Part shown: in pieces, positions 1 to 14,006 of the stretch
Layout: every line of letters starts with the position of its first letter
Position numbering within the stretch: position 1 is the first letter of the stretch
Assembly (NCBI GenBank): GCA_000320545.1
Contig: ADNK01001159.1
Coordinates: forward strand, 1-64,000
DNA length: 64,000 nucleotides
DNA from: Bigelowiella natans CCMP2755
Lineage: Eukaryota; Protista; Cercozoa
Direction of reading: 5' to 3'
The notes under the pieces: model-generated
The model's database searches: none
The model's input: only the letters and a program-made list of their open reading frames with translations
What the model was told of the DNA's origin: nothing
Position numbers and translations under genes: made by a program

Positions 1-25
1 TAAGAAGTAAGAAGAGTAAGGTAAG

Positions 26-77
<52 letters not shown>

Positions 78-410
78 ACTAAAAAACAAATAGCTGTATG
101 CATTAAATGCTCTAATTCCTCTCCTAACTACTCTTCTAACTTCATCAATGCATAAGTGATGATGTAAAAGAAACAAATAGGATATGCTGCTGCTGTTTAG
201 CTGCCGCGATTGTGTCGTGAACACCTTCCTTGAACTCTCGTTCTCAGTGCATCTGCCAGCAGCAATGCAGCCTGCAAAGTCAGTGAGTACAATGTAATCA
301 AACTAGCAGCAGCAGCAGCAGCAGCACTAAGACAGTAGCAGCATCTACACAACGCACCATAATCAACATCACAAGCCGCCTCTGCTTTCATCATCGTCAC
401 TCTCTCTACT

Positions 411-442
<32 letters not shown>

Positions 443-645
443 TCTAAGCAGCATCTTTGGTATTGTTAACGAAGTTCCTCCCTCTCCTCTCCTCTCTCTC
501 TCCTAACCTTATCTGCCCTGTTCAGTGCCACAGAGTAAGAGTTGTCGATCACGTCTGTGAGCTCCATCACGAGGAGAGGCGTCGCCATTGCTACTGCTAC
601 TGCGTGGAGGGCGCTCATGGCTATACCCTAATTATCATCATCATT

Positions 646-676
<31 letters not shown>

Positions 677-1090
677 CGTCTCTTATTTTCCATCAACCAT
701 CGCAACAAGCCATCTTCGTCCCTTGCAGGCCTACTTTTGTGATTCAGTCTACCTTTGAAATAGCATACTCCGATATTTTGTTTTTCATCATTGACGATAG
801 TGCATTTCCAAACTCCTAAAGAGAAACAACAACAACAACAACAACAGCAACAAGAAAGAGGAAGAATAAAGCAGTAGAGCTCGCATCAGAAGAAGCTCAA
901 AAGCAAGCGCAATTGCCCATTGCTTCGTTGTATGCTCTATGCAAAACTACAATAAAGCTGAGGGCTGCCGTTGAAGGGAAACAACAAAATACCCATTGCT
1001 CCATTTATTTTGTTCAAACGACGAGCCTAATTGGCTTTAAATTGAGTACTTGGAAATAAACTTACAGATGCTAATTTTATTACTACTATC

Positions 1091-1132
<42 letters not shown>

Positions 1133-2062
1133 TAAGCATATACCGCCTGGATGTGACTTTCCCACTTGAGTGCATACACTTCTTTGCCCCTTGCGAAGTT
1201 ATCTCCAAACCTGCAGCCCCAGATTTCCTTGAGTTCTTCATCTACCTTCTGCTCGTCAATGTGCCACCCCCCCACGCCAAGCACGATGGACATCGATCTG
1301 CCAAGTAGTACGCATGGATGATGGCCATGTTTGTTAGATCCACGCTGTTGTTTATCACCCTTTCTCCGAATCTGGCATGGCCTTTGGGGAGAGGGGCTTG
1401 AATTCGAATTCTTCAATATTGGCTATCCTTCGATCTACCTGGTATATTATTAATGGCTGATATCAGTGCTGATTGTGCATGACAATACCTCTAAATCCAT
1501 ATATAACTAGCTTACTCATCAGCTTTCAAATAAGCAGCAGCGTTGGCGTTCCAGAGCTATTATCGCTTTTGACCGACCTTATAACCAATCATTCTGGTTG
1601 CGTAGCCGCCAACCGCGACTCCAAAGAAGATGGCACCTCCGCTGGGTGGCGATGAAAGCACCTGTAGCTGCAATGGCAGTACCCCCCTGTATGATGGGAA
1701 TAAAGACGAAGAAGACGAAGAAAACGAAGAAGAGAAGAAGAAGAAGAAGAAGAAGAAGAAGAAAAGAGAACCGTCAAGTAGCAGCGTCAGTAAGAGTCAC
1801 CAAGAAGCAGCAATAGCCAGATATGTTAATATTAGTATCAGTATCGGTGGTGGTAGTAGTAGTAGTAGGTAGTAGTAGTAGTAGTAGTAGTTGTACCCCA
1901 ACAGCAACAAGACCAGCTCCAACGAGGGGTGCTGCCAATCCAGCCGTGAATGCGGTAACTATCCCCCCCCCAATAGCGACCAGTCCGATCTTGCCCCATC
2001 GCCATTTCCAGCCCTACGACCGAAAACGAGTAGTATGCGTCTCATCATTCACAACCTACTAT

Positions 2063-2098
<36 letters not shown>

Positions 2099-3517
2099 TA
2101 CCAGCATTTCATTACCAGCTTCTTGTCCCCCCCCCCTCCCCCTTCCCCCCCTCTTTCTCTCTTTCTCTCTCCATCTGTTGCATGCCTTTGTTGTGCAGCA
2201 AAATGCTGGGATGCTGCCATCTATTACTACCTCTGCGTGCTTCTCTTTCGCATCTTGAGCTGCCCGCACGGTGACACGCAATGCCTGTTTCACACACGTA
2301 ATCAGAATGTAGTCCTTCGATACTGTCCCCCCTTTCCGGTGCTCTACTTCACTTCCTTCAACCCCACACCGGGAAATGGCGGGAGATTAATCGGATATGT
2401 GCAACTGCCAATTAGTGCTATCACCACAACTACGGTATCCTCTAAAGCCTCATCATCAACGTCTTTATTATCACCATCATCACCATCGCAATCATCACCA
2501 TCACAATCATCGTCATCATCATTGGACTGGTGATAACTCTTTCACGATACCTCACAGTAAATGTCCTCATATCTGCAGAAAAGGTCCAGTGGGATGTCTG
2601 AGTAGTCGTCGTTGCACGCACTGTTGTTACTATTGTTTACTACTACAACAATAACAACAACTACTACTACTTCGCAATAATGATCGATGAAGCGACAGTT
2701 CACCCCATGCGGTGGCATGACGATGACGTCAGGGAGGGGGAGGAGGAGGAGGAGGAGGAGGAGGAGGAGGAGGAGGAGGAGGAAGAGGAAGAGAAGGAGA
2801 TTTGGCTTGATGTAAAATAATAATAATAATAGTAAGGCGGACATCTACAATAGCCATCAGATATTCAAATCTTGGCCATTTCACAGATTCCTGCTCTCTT
2901 CCAAGGTGGAAACGCTATGTAATCACAACTTATATGTATTTGTCTTCTTCTTCATAAAATCATCATCTCCTCCTCCTCCCCTCTCTCCACAACCAAGTGC
3001 AGCACAGAGCTCCCTCAGAAGTTGCCTTGTTCGTGCATCGTAGTACCCCATACACTGTAAGCACCACAGAAGACAATCAACCCAATTGTAATGCGGTCTC
3101 CTACTACTTGCAGTTGAGTCGATTCTTCCTTTCACTAGTCTAGAATTGTTAGTAGTAAGAGAACTTGTATTGAGTGATGCAGTAGCAACAAAGGCTGGCG
3201 GACTCTTTCTGTAGACACATCCTCTCCAGCTGCCATTCTTTTACTACTCCTCGCCCCTCCCTTGCTCTTGGTGCTGCGGTCAGGTATGTCCTCTTCCTTT
3301 TCTCCCCCCCCCCCCTTCGTTCCAAAGGAAGGCTGCTGTTTGCTCTTTTCCCTGCTGCCAAAACTGAAAAATCCCCCTCCCCCGCCTTCCTGCTTTTTCT
3401 TCTTCTTCCTTTCTTCACTCTTCCTCGGGCCTTTTCCACCCAAATTCTTAGGAATGGATTTCAAAAAAGGCTACCAAACGATACAAGGAGGAAGCCGATT
3501 GAGTTGTTTCAAGACAA

Positions 3518-3554
<37 letters not shown>

Positions 3555-5318
3555 GCACACAGGGAGGGGGGAAGACAGAGAGAGGTATGTGAGAGTAAAG
3601 AAGGAAAAATGGAAAAAAGTAAGAGAAAGAGAAGATAATATTTTGTTTCTAGAGTAATCGCCTACTACAACAACTACTACTACAACAACTACTACAACTA
3701 CTACTACTACTACTACAACGTAGCCCCACGACTACCCCCTGCTGACTCACCCACCATGGGAGATATTTTCTGCTTGATTAAGGGAAGCATACTTAACAAT
3801 TCGTCCCCGCTCAACTCCAAAGCTGATGCCATGATTTCTAAGAACCCTAGGTGATAGGAGTGGTGCAGGGAATGAGGAGGAGGAGGAGGAGGAGGTGACT
3901 CCGTGCTGCTCATATTTCTTTGAATAGTCTGTAATATACTTTTACTTAAATATTGAAACCATCATTTTCGCTTAAAAGTGAACTAGAAATGATACTGAGA
4001 GTAGTGTTTTTAGGGAAGAATCGTCGTTTACTCCTTCTCATTTGTTTGTTTTCACACACTTCTTCTAGCACACGCCTCTCACTACCCTTGTTCCATTCGA
4101 AATCATCATCTTTGGCGTCATCACCCGATAAATCTCTGATGATGTGATTACTACTTAGACCCAACATTGTCGCGGAGACAGACAACGCTCAGCTCTCAAT
4201 CGTAGTAGTCGAAATAACAACAATTAGGAGCACACATAAACACACACGCACACACACACAAACACAAACACAAACATTAACAAGCCATAGCTGATTGTTC
4301 GCAAAATCTTAAAAATGGGCGAAAATGTCATAAAATGATGATGTGCGCGACCTAATAAGACAAGCGGCTGCAGCTAGAGTTGCCCTTCGATACTTTTTCT
4401 CAATCTTCTTCACATCCACACATTCATCCACCTCGAAGCAGGGGAAAAGGAAACCGGGTAGGAATTTTAGAGTAGTATCTTAGCTATTTTGCAGAATTAT
4501 TAAAAAAATCCTTATAATACACTGCTGGGTAGCAAAAATTCAGCATCATTTGACTGAGAAGAACTTACTGCTACACTACCACCTACCTTTTTTGGATCAA
4601 CATCCAAGAATTCGTAGCCATGCACCATGTGTCGCTTTTTAGGGGGTAGAGGAGGACCTAGTCCTTCCTCTTGTTGATACTTAGATTCCTGCATCTTCAC
4701 CTCATCATTGTGGTGGGCTCCTCTGGGTTGATTCTGCGAACATAAAGACCGATTTAAGCATATGAGGGATGAGCGAAAGCCTTTATTTTCGTGCTTCTTC
4801 TCCCCCTCCGCCTTGTTCATTTTCTGTAGTCCGGCCTCGCTTTCCCCATTTTCTATCCAACACGCTACAAATACCGGCTTCGGAGGTGATGGATACAACG
4901 TTTTCAGCTCAGCTCCAACCACTGGCATGTTCTTCTTCCTTTTCTCGATTCCAGCTTCCATTTTGCCGCCTTAGTTTGCAAACAATGATTTGCTCTGGCA
5001 GTTGATGTTTCTCGGTATTGTTGTCGTCGTCGTCGTCGTTATTGTTGTTGTTGCTGTTGCTGTTGTGTTCGTCATGAGATCATGAGTGAAATAGTTTTAG
5101 TACCTTTGGTTGGGGACCATCCTGCCTGATGACGGATCCAGTCATCACTTCCTCTAATGTTTGTTCAATGATGATGGTGGTGGTAGGGATAATAATAATA
5201 ATGAGGAGAAGGAGGAGGATCAAAGCTCGAACAACTTTTGTTATACTTACTAATCTTTGCAGGAGGGAGGAGATCGAAGGAGCAAGAGGGAATGCGGGAA
5301 AGAGAAGGCGAGCGAGCG

Positions 5319-5358
<40 letters not shown>

Positions 5359-5999
5359 ATGGAGTTCGCTTTGCACCTTTCCAAAACTATTAACGTCCAT
5401 CCAGGTAGTAGAGGAGTTCCTTTGCTGTAATCAAGTCTCTTCATCGATTCCATACTCCCTTCTGGATGCTGCATCTGGTGGTATGATCGGGCCTTTCCGA
5501 AAGGACCATTCACAACGTATTGCTCCGCTTTACCTGTGCTCAAATTTGTATTAGTGACCATCTCAAAGGGGGTGGCCTTGTAACTAGAAGAATATCACCT
5601 GCAACAGAGGAGCGAACTGCAAAGGTATGGGCAGTATTCAATCCAAATCTCAAGACATACTCGCCCTTTCAAAATAATTTAAAGTTATTGAAATCGATTA
5701 TATCCAAGGTTGAAGTACCTTCGGGGTTTTGAGCCAGGAAGGTTGGTGATCTTCGCAAATAGCTTTGAATTCCGTGCCAAATTTTAGATGCCCAACACTA
5801 AGTCAAAGTCAAAGTTTGATAACAAGTTTTGTCAATGCATAAAAGTTCCCCATAGTGAACGAAATGTCTTTTGTTACATTTTATCAGCATCTTCCGGCTT
5901 TTCTTTAACGACTGCACCGGTAACCCAGATGACACACCATGTTTCCCACTCTACGTCTTGGCCTCCCCCCAGCTTGTCCATGGAATTTTTTTGTTCCAT
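1..5999 (-). CDS. TMCO4/DUF726-family membrane protein, multi-exon; 3' end runs off the window and the 5' exons (3200-5999) are tentative
   Basis: Spliced minus-strand exons give GYYDARTRQLLRELC (~3030), WKWRWGKIGLVAIGGGIVTAFTAGLAAPLVGAG (~1895-2012), GGAIFFGVAVGGYATRMIGYK, IEEFEFKPL..SIVLGVGGW..EVYALKWE (~1150-1420), EFGNALSSM, VIDNSYSVALNRADK and AALLLADALRTRVQGR (~226-275), matching the TMCO4/DUF726 motif order. Confidence 0.85.
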
Positions 6000-6067
6000 G
6001 GTGACTAGGCCATGTGCACTGTTTTGGATTTCGACCAAACGGGGTTTTACGACGAAAGCGACAAATA

Positions 6068-6895
6068 CATTCTTTGTCGCACGAGGAGAACGTGCGATCT
6101 CATTGATGAAAACTGATGAAAACAAAAGGGTTTTGAGGTGATCGGAGATGATCATCAATCTGATCCTTTCCACCGCTCCTACTGAATCGCTTCATCCATG
6201 CATTCATTCATTCATTCAGCATCGTCATGCATGTTTTGTTTGGGAGGACATGGATGACTAGATGAGATAGCATGTCCAGTGATCCTTTCGAATCAGCATT
6301 GAAAACACCACTTTCATTCATTTGTTCACTCACTTGAGGCCAGAGGCCAGTGTCCCACGGAATCACTTCATTCATTCATTTGTTCACGCGCGCACAGGTG
6401 TTCAAGTCCAGCTACTCTCCGTAGGCGACGTGCGTGGACTCACCACTGCATCAACAACTGCTCGTCCATTTGTTGTGAATCACAGAATGCAAATGAAAGT
6501 GAACGAAGCAATGCGGTCGCGAGGCTTGCTCTGGTGCTGCTCGCAATGCGATGCATGGTCCAGTGGTCTGCGACTAGCTTGGGCCACGTAGGTGTGGCAC
6601 GTGCGCCATGCGAAGCTGGTCAGTGATCTGTCTGGCTGCATCAAGATGTGGACATTGTCTGAACACATGTCAGTGTGCTGCAGATGCACGCTAGCACGCT
6701 GGGACGTTGTGCCCAAGCGTTGGCCATGATGTGTAGTCAGCGAGCATTGATTGCACATCAAATGTGTCGCAAGGGAATTGCTTGCAGGTGGCCAATTTCC
6801 ACCATGCTGACCAGCACCGCGAATTGATGATCATCATGCTCTAGTGCTGTGCGAGGGCCATGCACACCATGCATGGCAATTGAAATGATGTCAGT
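6068..6895. other. TpA-depleted intergenic domain
   Basis: About 10 TA dinucleotides in 830 bp, all in CTA or TAG context (manual count). Confidence 0.9.
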
Positions 6896-7115
6896 GTATT
6901 CAGTAGTTCAACAGACACTATGCACATAAACATGTAATTCTGTCACGTCAGCCGGCTGCATGTTAGCAGATTTAACTCATCTGTCATCATTGAAAACCAT
7001 GTCTGATAGGATGTCTGAATAACGCAGGTCTACTCTGTATCGCGTTCACTGCAAAGAACGTGACTTAATTGTCTGGAAGCTGACTTCTATTACACTCCTG
7101 GATGTTTCGGTGACT

Positions 7116-8031
7116 TCATGAATCCTCTTCCATTTTTTCTTTCTTGACCTTAACGTCAGATGCAGAGCCGTTTGCAGCCGCACCATCTCCAGATCCAGCA
7201 CCGGATTCATTGGGGACAAAATTTGCTCCATCCAGGGACGGGTCAATCTCCTCTCTCTTTACCTATTGTAAAGTATTACGCTTTGGTAAATGCGAAATCA
7301 TAAAATTACATGTTTTGCGTACCAGTGCGCCAGGTGGCTGAAGTTCGTATATTTGAATGTAGCACTCAGAAAGAGCAACCTAAAGCAGAATCATGGGATC
7401 TGAATATTTGCCAAATATTCATTCGAATGGACCATTTTCCTACCTGCTGTGCCATCGTTTCGGAAGTATTTATGTGTAAATCCTCAAACTCAAACCATTG
7501 CTTCATTCCTCTGTGCATGACATGCGCCTTGTACGTACCATCCTGTGGCGAGAAAGAGCATGAATCATCGTTTGATGGCATTTGTGTGGCTAATGTACAT
7601 AGACCACCTTAGCCGTTCCAACGTGACAAATGTTCGCGATTAGATCGTATCTGGTGGCCCGATTCTTCTCTAGTTTGTCATGATGCTCGTTGATCTTGTC
7701 AATCAAATCGCCACGAGAAAGGCAGCCTGTCTTGTCTATTTTGTTCTTCGCCATTATTGCCTGTAATTCCCTGATGCTGGGAGAAGGATAATGTGACGAT
7801 TGTCCTTAGTTTCTTTTGTCGAGGAAGAAATTGATTCGAATTTTGTAGTCTGAGTGCAGCACAAAGTAGTAAGTACCTTTTGGATTTCATGTCGTCCTCA
7901 CTTGGCCGTTCGGGGAACGCAACGTAAGGGCTCATATCAAGGTTATAAAGCGGAAAGTTTACCAGAGTTGGGTTTTTTTCCTGGATTATTGATGTGGTAA
8001 CACAATAGCACGACGCACAAAAATTAGATGC

Positions 8032-8086
<55 letters not shown>

Positions 8087-8264
8087 TGTGTGTGTGTGTG
8101 TGTGTGTAAGTGTACTTTTATATAAATTTGAATACATGCTATATCCCTTCTTCTTCCTAATTTTTCCCAACCTCTCACCAAATATACAATACCTTGAACC
8201 AGTTGTTGGAAGTGAACCGCTTGTAGTGTATAATGAGATATCGAGGCAACTTTGATAGCTGGAT

Positions 8265-8345
<81 letters not shown>

Positions 8346-10033
8346 GGGGGATGGGGAGGAAACTAGTCGGCAGAACGCACCTGGAATCTTCGTTTTTCCC
8401 CTGATCTGAGTGTTTCAGATGTTACACCATCGAACTTAGCGAGTAGGTCAAAGAGGGGCACCTAAAATGAAGAACAACAATTATGCTGACCGCCACGTAA
8501 ATCTGCCTGGTACGATATATTCATAATATCTAGGTAGTAATAATGCCTGGGGAATGAAGTTGGTGTCTTGGTTGTCCTTGAATAGTGGAGATCGGGGGAG
8601 CTCCAAGGAAAGATATATAAACTTCTTGTGTGTTATTTTGCTTTCGATCTGTTCCTTGATTTCAATCTGATGTGAATGCGATAATATTCTTTACGATGCT
8701 GCCACTGGAAACTATGATGAAGATGATGATGATAATGATAATGTTTTCAACTCTACACGCTGGATTTATCGTTACCTGTCCGGGAGCAATTTTCCTCGTC
8801 TCTTTCTTGACTACGGTGTCAGTCATCATCTTTGTTGTAGGTGTGTGTTATTATAATTAGTGGCGCCATTTAAACAATGGTAGCATAATGGGAACCAGCA
8901 TTATTGTATTACCTTCACTTGGCCTTGAAATGCTTGTGTGATAATGGAGGATTTGCGCTTCTTGTTTCCTCCCAAGCTTAAATGAGATGTATTGAGAAAC
9001 CTGCAGGAATTATCATCATACACAATTTTAAGATATAAGCAATTCGAGAATTTGGAGTAGGACCAGAAAATGGCAATTATGTGGTGGTAATACCAGGCGA
9101 GGAATTCGATAGGATCCGAGTGTTTCCCGATTGTGAATCGTTTTCTATCCATGAAGATTTAGTTATTATTTGTGCTTCTTAGCAGTATATCCTTCAGTGA
9201 AAGATGCGCGTTATCATGATCTTCATATTTCATCAATGCCGTCATTGCGAACGCCATTAATACCATTACTCGTCATCATAAATTATCATTTCATACGTTC
9301 ATCCCATAACATAGTTTAGACCAGATATATATGATTTACCTGCTCGCGTGCATAACAGCTTGAAGAACTTCGTGGGGAGAAACATGCCCTGAATGCACAA
9401 TGCCCGGTGATCATCAAAAGCATTATCAAGTAGAAGATAACCCAACCCCCCCCGCCGTCCCATTTCTCAGTGATTAGTTCTGGAAACCAAGGTCTTTTCA
9501 TGAAAAAAGAGACTCCGGCCAGATTAAAAAAAATCAATTCTCATATCTTAACTCTAGTTATGAAACTAGATTCTTATCTTTCTGAAACCTACCCTTGAAT
9601 CCTTTGGGATTCCAAAACTTTCGCATGAATTCGCCGAATTTCAATACGAGTTGCGGGTGGCACACTTGCGGTTGTCTGATTAACCAAATCGCAGTTTTTG
9701 ATTTATAATTTCTACAGGAGAAAGAATGATATCTATAGACTAACACGTACAAGTATTGGAAGGCTATATATCTGTATTTTACGTATTCCATCCCATCAAA
9801 ACGGTATGGCAGCTTCGAACTAGTTTCCCCCTACTGTTTCCCTAACTAGGGACTCACTTTCTTTCAGCTTCGTGAACAAGTTTTGTATATTTATCTTCGA
9901 ACAGAAAGTAGTCACGTAGCATCGGAACATGGCACAGAGCTTGCGCCGAGACCTACAAAGTACCGCACAAATCTCCTCAAGTTCTTACACACAAGAAAGC
10001 ACACACACACACACACACACATACACAAACGGG

Positions 10034-10064
<31 letters not shown>

Positions 10065-11131
10065 ATATATATTATGTATGTATATATAAATATATATGTA
10101 CATATTTAATATTATTAACACAAAGGCAAAATCATATTAGATTCTCTGCTTTGGATGTAATAATAAAATTGTTCTTACGTTGAACCATTCGGTGAACTTA
10201 ATGTTGTTGATTCCCATAAAACCTGTATGTTAAGCAACCATACAATATTTGAATAAATAAAGAGGACTTATTGGAAATTCGTTGAAGAATACGCTACCAA
10301 TTAAGTAATCAGTGCCATCTAGAGCATGGTAGTACTCCCCTTCTTTGTCGAAACGCTTAATTTCCTGAAAAATAGAATAAATCATCTCAAACATTGATAG
10401 CACATTATCATCGTTATTGCAAGTGCAACCACCTTTTTCATGAAGGTCGGTCGTAGATTATAAGTAATATCTTCTAGAGAAGTCTCGTGAACCTAAAACA
10501 TGGGCAACGAAGAAGCACACAGTTATTATTTAACAGTTGGCTCAGCATTTTCTGATCCAAAGCAGTAACCTGGTAGTTGTCCGGCAGACAGTATATTTTT
10601 TCCGTCGTGAGATTGATAAACATATGATGGCCCACTTCTAAAGCATGCAAATAGGCGTGTGTCCCCTTTCCGCGACCTTGAATGGATTTCCAACCAGTCA
10701 CACAACGAAGTGGTATGGCAGTATTAAAACAAATCTTTGGCTTGCGCTACCTTGGAAATATTGTCCGCACACCAGGCAGGCGTAAACATTAAAGTTGTTC
10801 AAGGACACAGAGCACACCTTCTCGAAGTCAAAATCCAAGACCTGCTCGCGAATACAAATCCGATTTTTTTTCGTTAAATTCTCACCCGAGATGTTGAAGC
10901 CAAAAAAAAATGAAGGACCTTGCGATTGATCGTATCAAGATAAGGGCACATGAAGCCTATCTTTGGAGCCCCCCGTTGAGGTACCCGCGCCTTTTCCTTC
11001 TTGATGTTTTCATCAGTACGCGGTAATGAAGCTGCCAGTTTAGCCTCAGGCACATCCTCAACCTTAACCTTAACCTTGCGCTCCTTATTCTCGCTATCCT
11101 CCCTGGGTCTCTTGTTGGTACTGGTGCTCAT
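7116..11131 (-). CDS. USP39: U4/U6.U5 tri-snRNP-associated protein 2 (inactive USP with ZnF-UBP), multi-exon
   Basis: CPYLDTINRK|VLDFDFEKVCSVSLNNFNVYACLVCGQYFQ|GRGKGTHAYLHALEVGHHMFINL; GFMGINNIKFTEWFN (no catalytic Cys); LVLKFGEFMRKFWNPKGFKG; KRFTIGKHSDPIEFLAW; EKNPTLVNFP; stop TGA at 7116-7118. Confidence 0.95.
8033..8342. repeat. Compound microsatellites (TA)n/(TG)n/(CA)n/(GA)n in a USP39 intron
   Basis: Directly visible; similar tracts fill introns across 1-5400 and 23300-35600. Confidence 0.95.
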
Positions 11132-11502
11132 ATTAAAATGACGTAGAATCGGTCCTACAATGCTCCGTCAAGTAATAAGATTTGGGTTGTTCCTTTGTTC
11201 CGTGTACGTAGGTCTAAGGCGCAGCGACTCCTCACTAGCAGACCTCCTCGTTCCTTGCGCACTTGAAATAATGTAATCACGAGTGAACTCGGAATCCTGA
11301 ACAAGATGTGGAAAAGGGATCCTTTTTCTTATTGGCGACAACGAAATAAGTAGAAAACACATGAATATGAAGACTATTGGCTGCGATGATGAGCTGGATT
11401 ATGATTTAGGGTATTCTCTGGATGAATTCGTTCCAGTGGAGATCCGCTTGAGGAGGAGGACAACGAAGAGGTGGGGGGTTGGAGGAGCTCTCGTTCGCAG
11501 GC

Positions 11503-12192
11503 ATGGAGGATGATGAATCTTCCAAGAGGAGGAAGATCAAGCATGTTGGCAAAGTTAATGAGGGGGGGAAGGTAAAATGGGAAGAGAAAGGGGGGAAGGC
11601 TGACAAAACAGAAAAAGATGGGACACGCAAGAAGGAAAAGAAGGAGAACACAAAAAAGGCACCATTCAAGTTTTGCCCTACGTGCTCAAACTGCTTACTA
11701 GTCGAGGAATGCTATTCCGAGGAGATATATTTTCGGTTATTCTGTCAGGTGATGTCTTTTAAACTAATCATTTTCTTGTAGCATTCATTATCCATAAATT
11801 ATCTCAGACATGTCCTTACATTGAGCGCATTACAACAACAATACGCGAGACAACTTTCATGAAGAAGAAGAAGAAGGTCGATGATGTCCTTGGCGGCCCA
11901 GACGCATGGAAACACGCGGATAGAACAGAAAGTAAATCATCATTACAGGAATTGACACCGACAAACCTCTCATAACAATCCTTGATAATATTTTTTTGCT
12001 TGCTCTTTGTAGCACTGTGCCCAAAATGTAGGCACACAGAAGCATACTACAAACAATTACAGGTTGTGGAAAAGATATTTTCTTGAAAGTCGCCGTTTTA
12101 GATGTATTTTTTTAACCTAGATGAGAAGCGCGGACGAGCCTATGACGACGTTCTATAGATGCGTAAAGTGTGGGAACAATTGGAGGGATTGA
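11503..12192 (+). CDS. POLR3K: RNA polymerase III subunit C11 (RPC10/RPC11), 4 exons, with a Lys-rich N-terminal extension
   Basis: FCPTCSNCLLVE..FCQ|TCPY..KKVDDVLGGPDAWKHADRTE|TLCPKCRHTEAYYKQLQ|MRSADEPMTTFYRCVKCGNNWRD*: two zinc ribbons and the TFIIS-like RSADEP motif. Confidence 0.95.
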
Positions 12193-12639
12193 TCTGACTA
12201 TACAAAAATTAAGGTACTTGTCCATATAAATATTTAGAGTAAAAAAAATAACGCATGTGTATGATTTATTGATAGGTTTTCTTAGCAAGGTGTAAACTAA
12301 ATTACGTCAGAACCCGAGTAGGAGTTGAGCGTTCGCTTCGGAAGCATCATCATAGCTGAACAGAATCGTGTGACACGCTACTTGACTACCATGCTGTCAG
12401 CTGAGATGTTGACTTGTACAAAGAGGAAAAAGTGCAGTGTCCAACTAAGGCCACAGGCCACATCCAGACATGAAGCTATAGCAGTAAAAAGGTGCCATAC
12501 CGGCTGCAATGAAATTAGAAACGATGGGTGACATGATCACGCTTCCTGTTCATCCACACGTGTAACATCACATGTTGACCCTGGTGATTGGTCAACAGCT
12601 AGCTGTCGTCGATGAGTGACGTACGTGTACTCATCAGTA

Positions 12640-13843
12640 ATTGCTCCTGTTGATTTTGAGTCTGCTGGCAGCAGTGCGCAGTTGTGCCAAGGTTGTCAAA
12701 CGTCAGTTGTCAAGCAATGAAAACCCGTGTGGAGGAAATGGAGGTGTTTCCGCACTCATCATCAAAAATGATTGACGCACAGCATCGCAATGTGCAAATG
12801 TGTTTCCGCATCTCTGCACTGACAACACCAGAAGATGCTGGTGGACATCATTGCTAGCCGCTAGTAGATTGCAGCGCTGCGTGGGCGCATGCACATTGAT
12901 TTGCTTGTTTGCACACACACGTGGACATGCACGCGGGGAGGAAAATTTGATGCGCCTGTCTAGCTGTGCACGTCCCGACAGCCTCGTCATCCGCCAAAAA
13001 ACATTGCGCCGCGCCATGTGGACTAGACGCCCAGTCCTGGAGTTTGCATTGGCAGTGCATGCAACAGCTAGCCAGCTAGCCAGGCTAGCGGGCTGTGCTG
13101 GTGTGAGCCAACAATGCCAGAAGGACTAGAACAATGAGATCAGCCGATGAGATCTCAATGCAACACGAAAACCGGCAAAGGGGCCGGATGAATTGATGGC
13201 ACGCATGCCAGTGCATTGTGATCACTTGCATTGAAAAAAACGTTTCCAACATTGAACCTTCAGCACACTGGGAAAATTGCCTGGTTGCGCTCTGCGCACA
13301 AATCATGCGAAATCTGGTGAAAGTTTCCTTTTCTGGTTTCCAAAAAAATGATTTGGAAATCAGGAATTTGACACTTGTTTTCAAGCAAAATCCAATTCAC
13401 TGCCGACTTGAACCAGTTTTTTTTCAAATGACACTTCGGATGAGATGCCAAAGTGAACCAAATTGCTTTTTGCCATCTCAAAAGTGTCAATTCAGGAATT
13501 CCATCAGGAAATTTTGAGGGGTCTTGCAGGAACTCAGCACGCACCAAGTTCCGAAACCAAATCCCTCACATCCACTGCTTCAATTGCTGCCGTCTAGCCG
13601 TGCAGGCCAGCAGACCGAGATGGAAAGTTCAGACAATCAACAACAACAACGACAATGAGAGCGTGCCATCTCCCGCTACGCACGCGATGAGTGCACAAAC
13701 TGGCAAACCGAAGGCGCGACACTGCATGTGCGTCCACGGAAAGTCTTGAGGCTCCGTGCTGGCGTGCGCCATGCTAGCATGTTCCAAAAGCACACATGGA
13801 ACGTCCACACGCATCATGGCACGCATGCCAGTGCACGTGTGTT

Positions 13844-13894
<51 letters not shown>

Positions 13895-13930
13895 ACTCCT
13901 CACACTCATTGCCCAATCCTTTTGCTGCCA
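12640..13930. other. TpA-depleted intergenic domain
   Basis: About 12 TA in 1290 bp, 10 of them CTAG; none between 13129 and 13594. Confidence 0.92.
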
Positions 13931-13965
13931 TTTTACTTCCACTGCTACTTCTACCACTACTACTT

Positions 13966-14006
<41 letters not shown>

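Noticed and set aside
197-5400. Many ORFs with poly-M/I/Y/L/RE runs
   Set aside because: They are translations of intronic microsatellites
10175-10225. USP domain without the catalytic Cys
   Set aside because: Normal for USP39/Sad1
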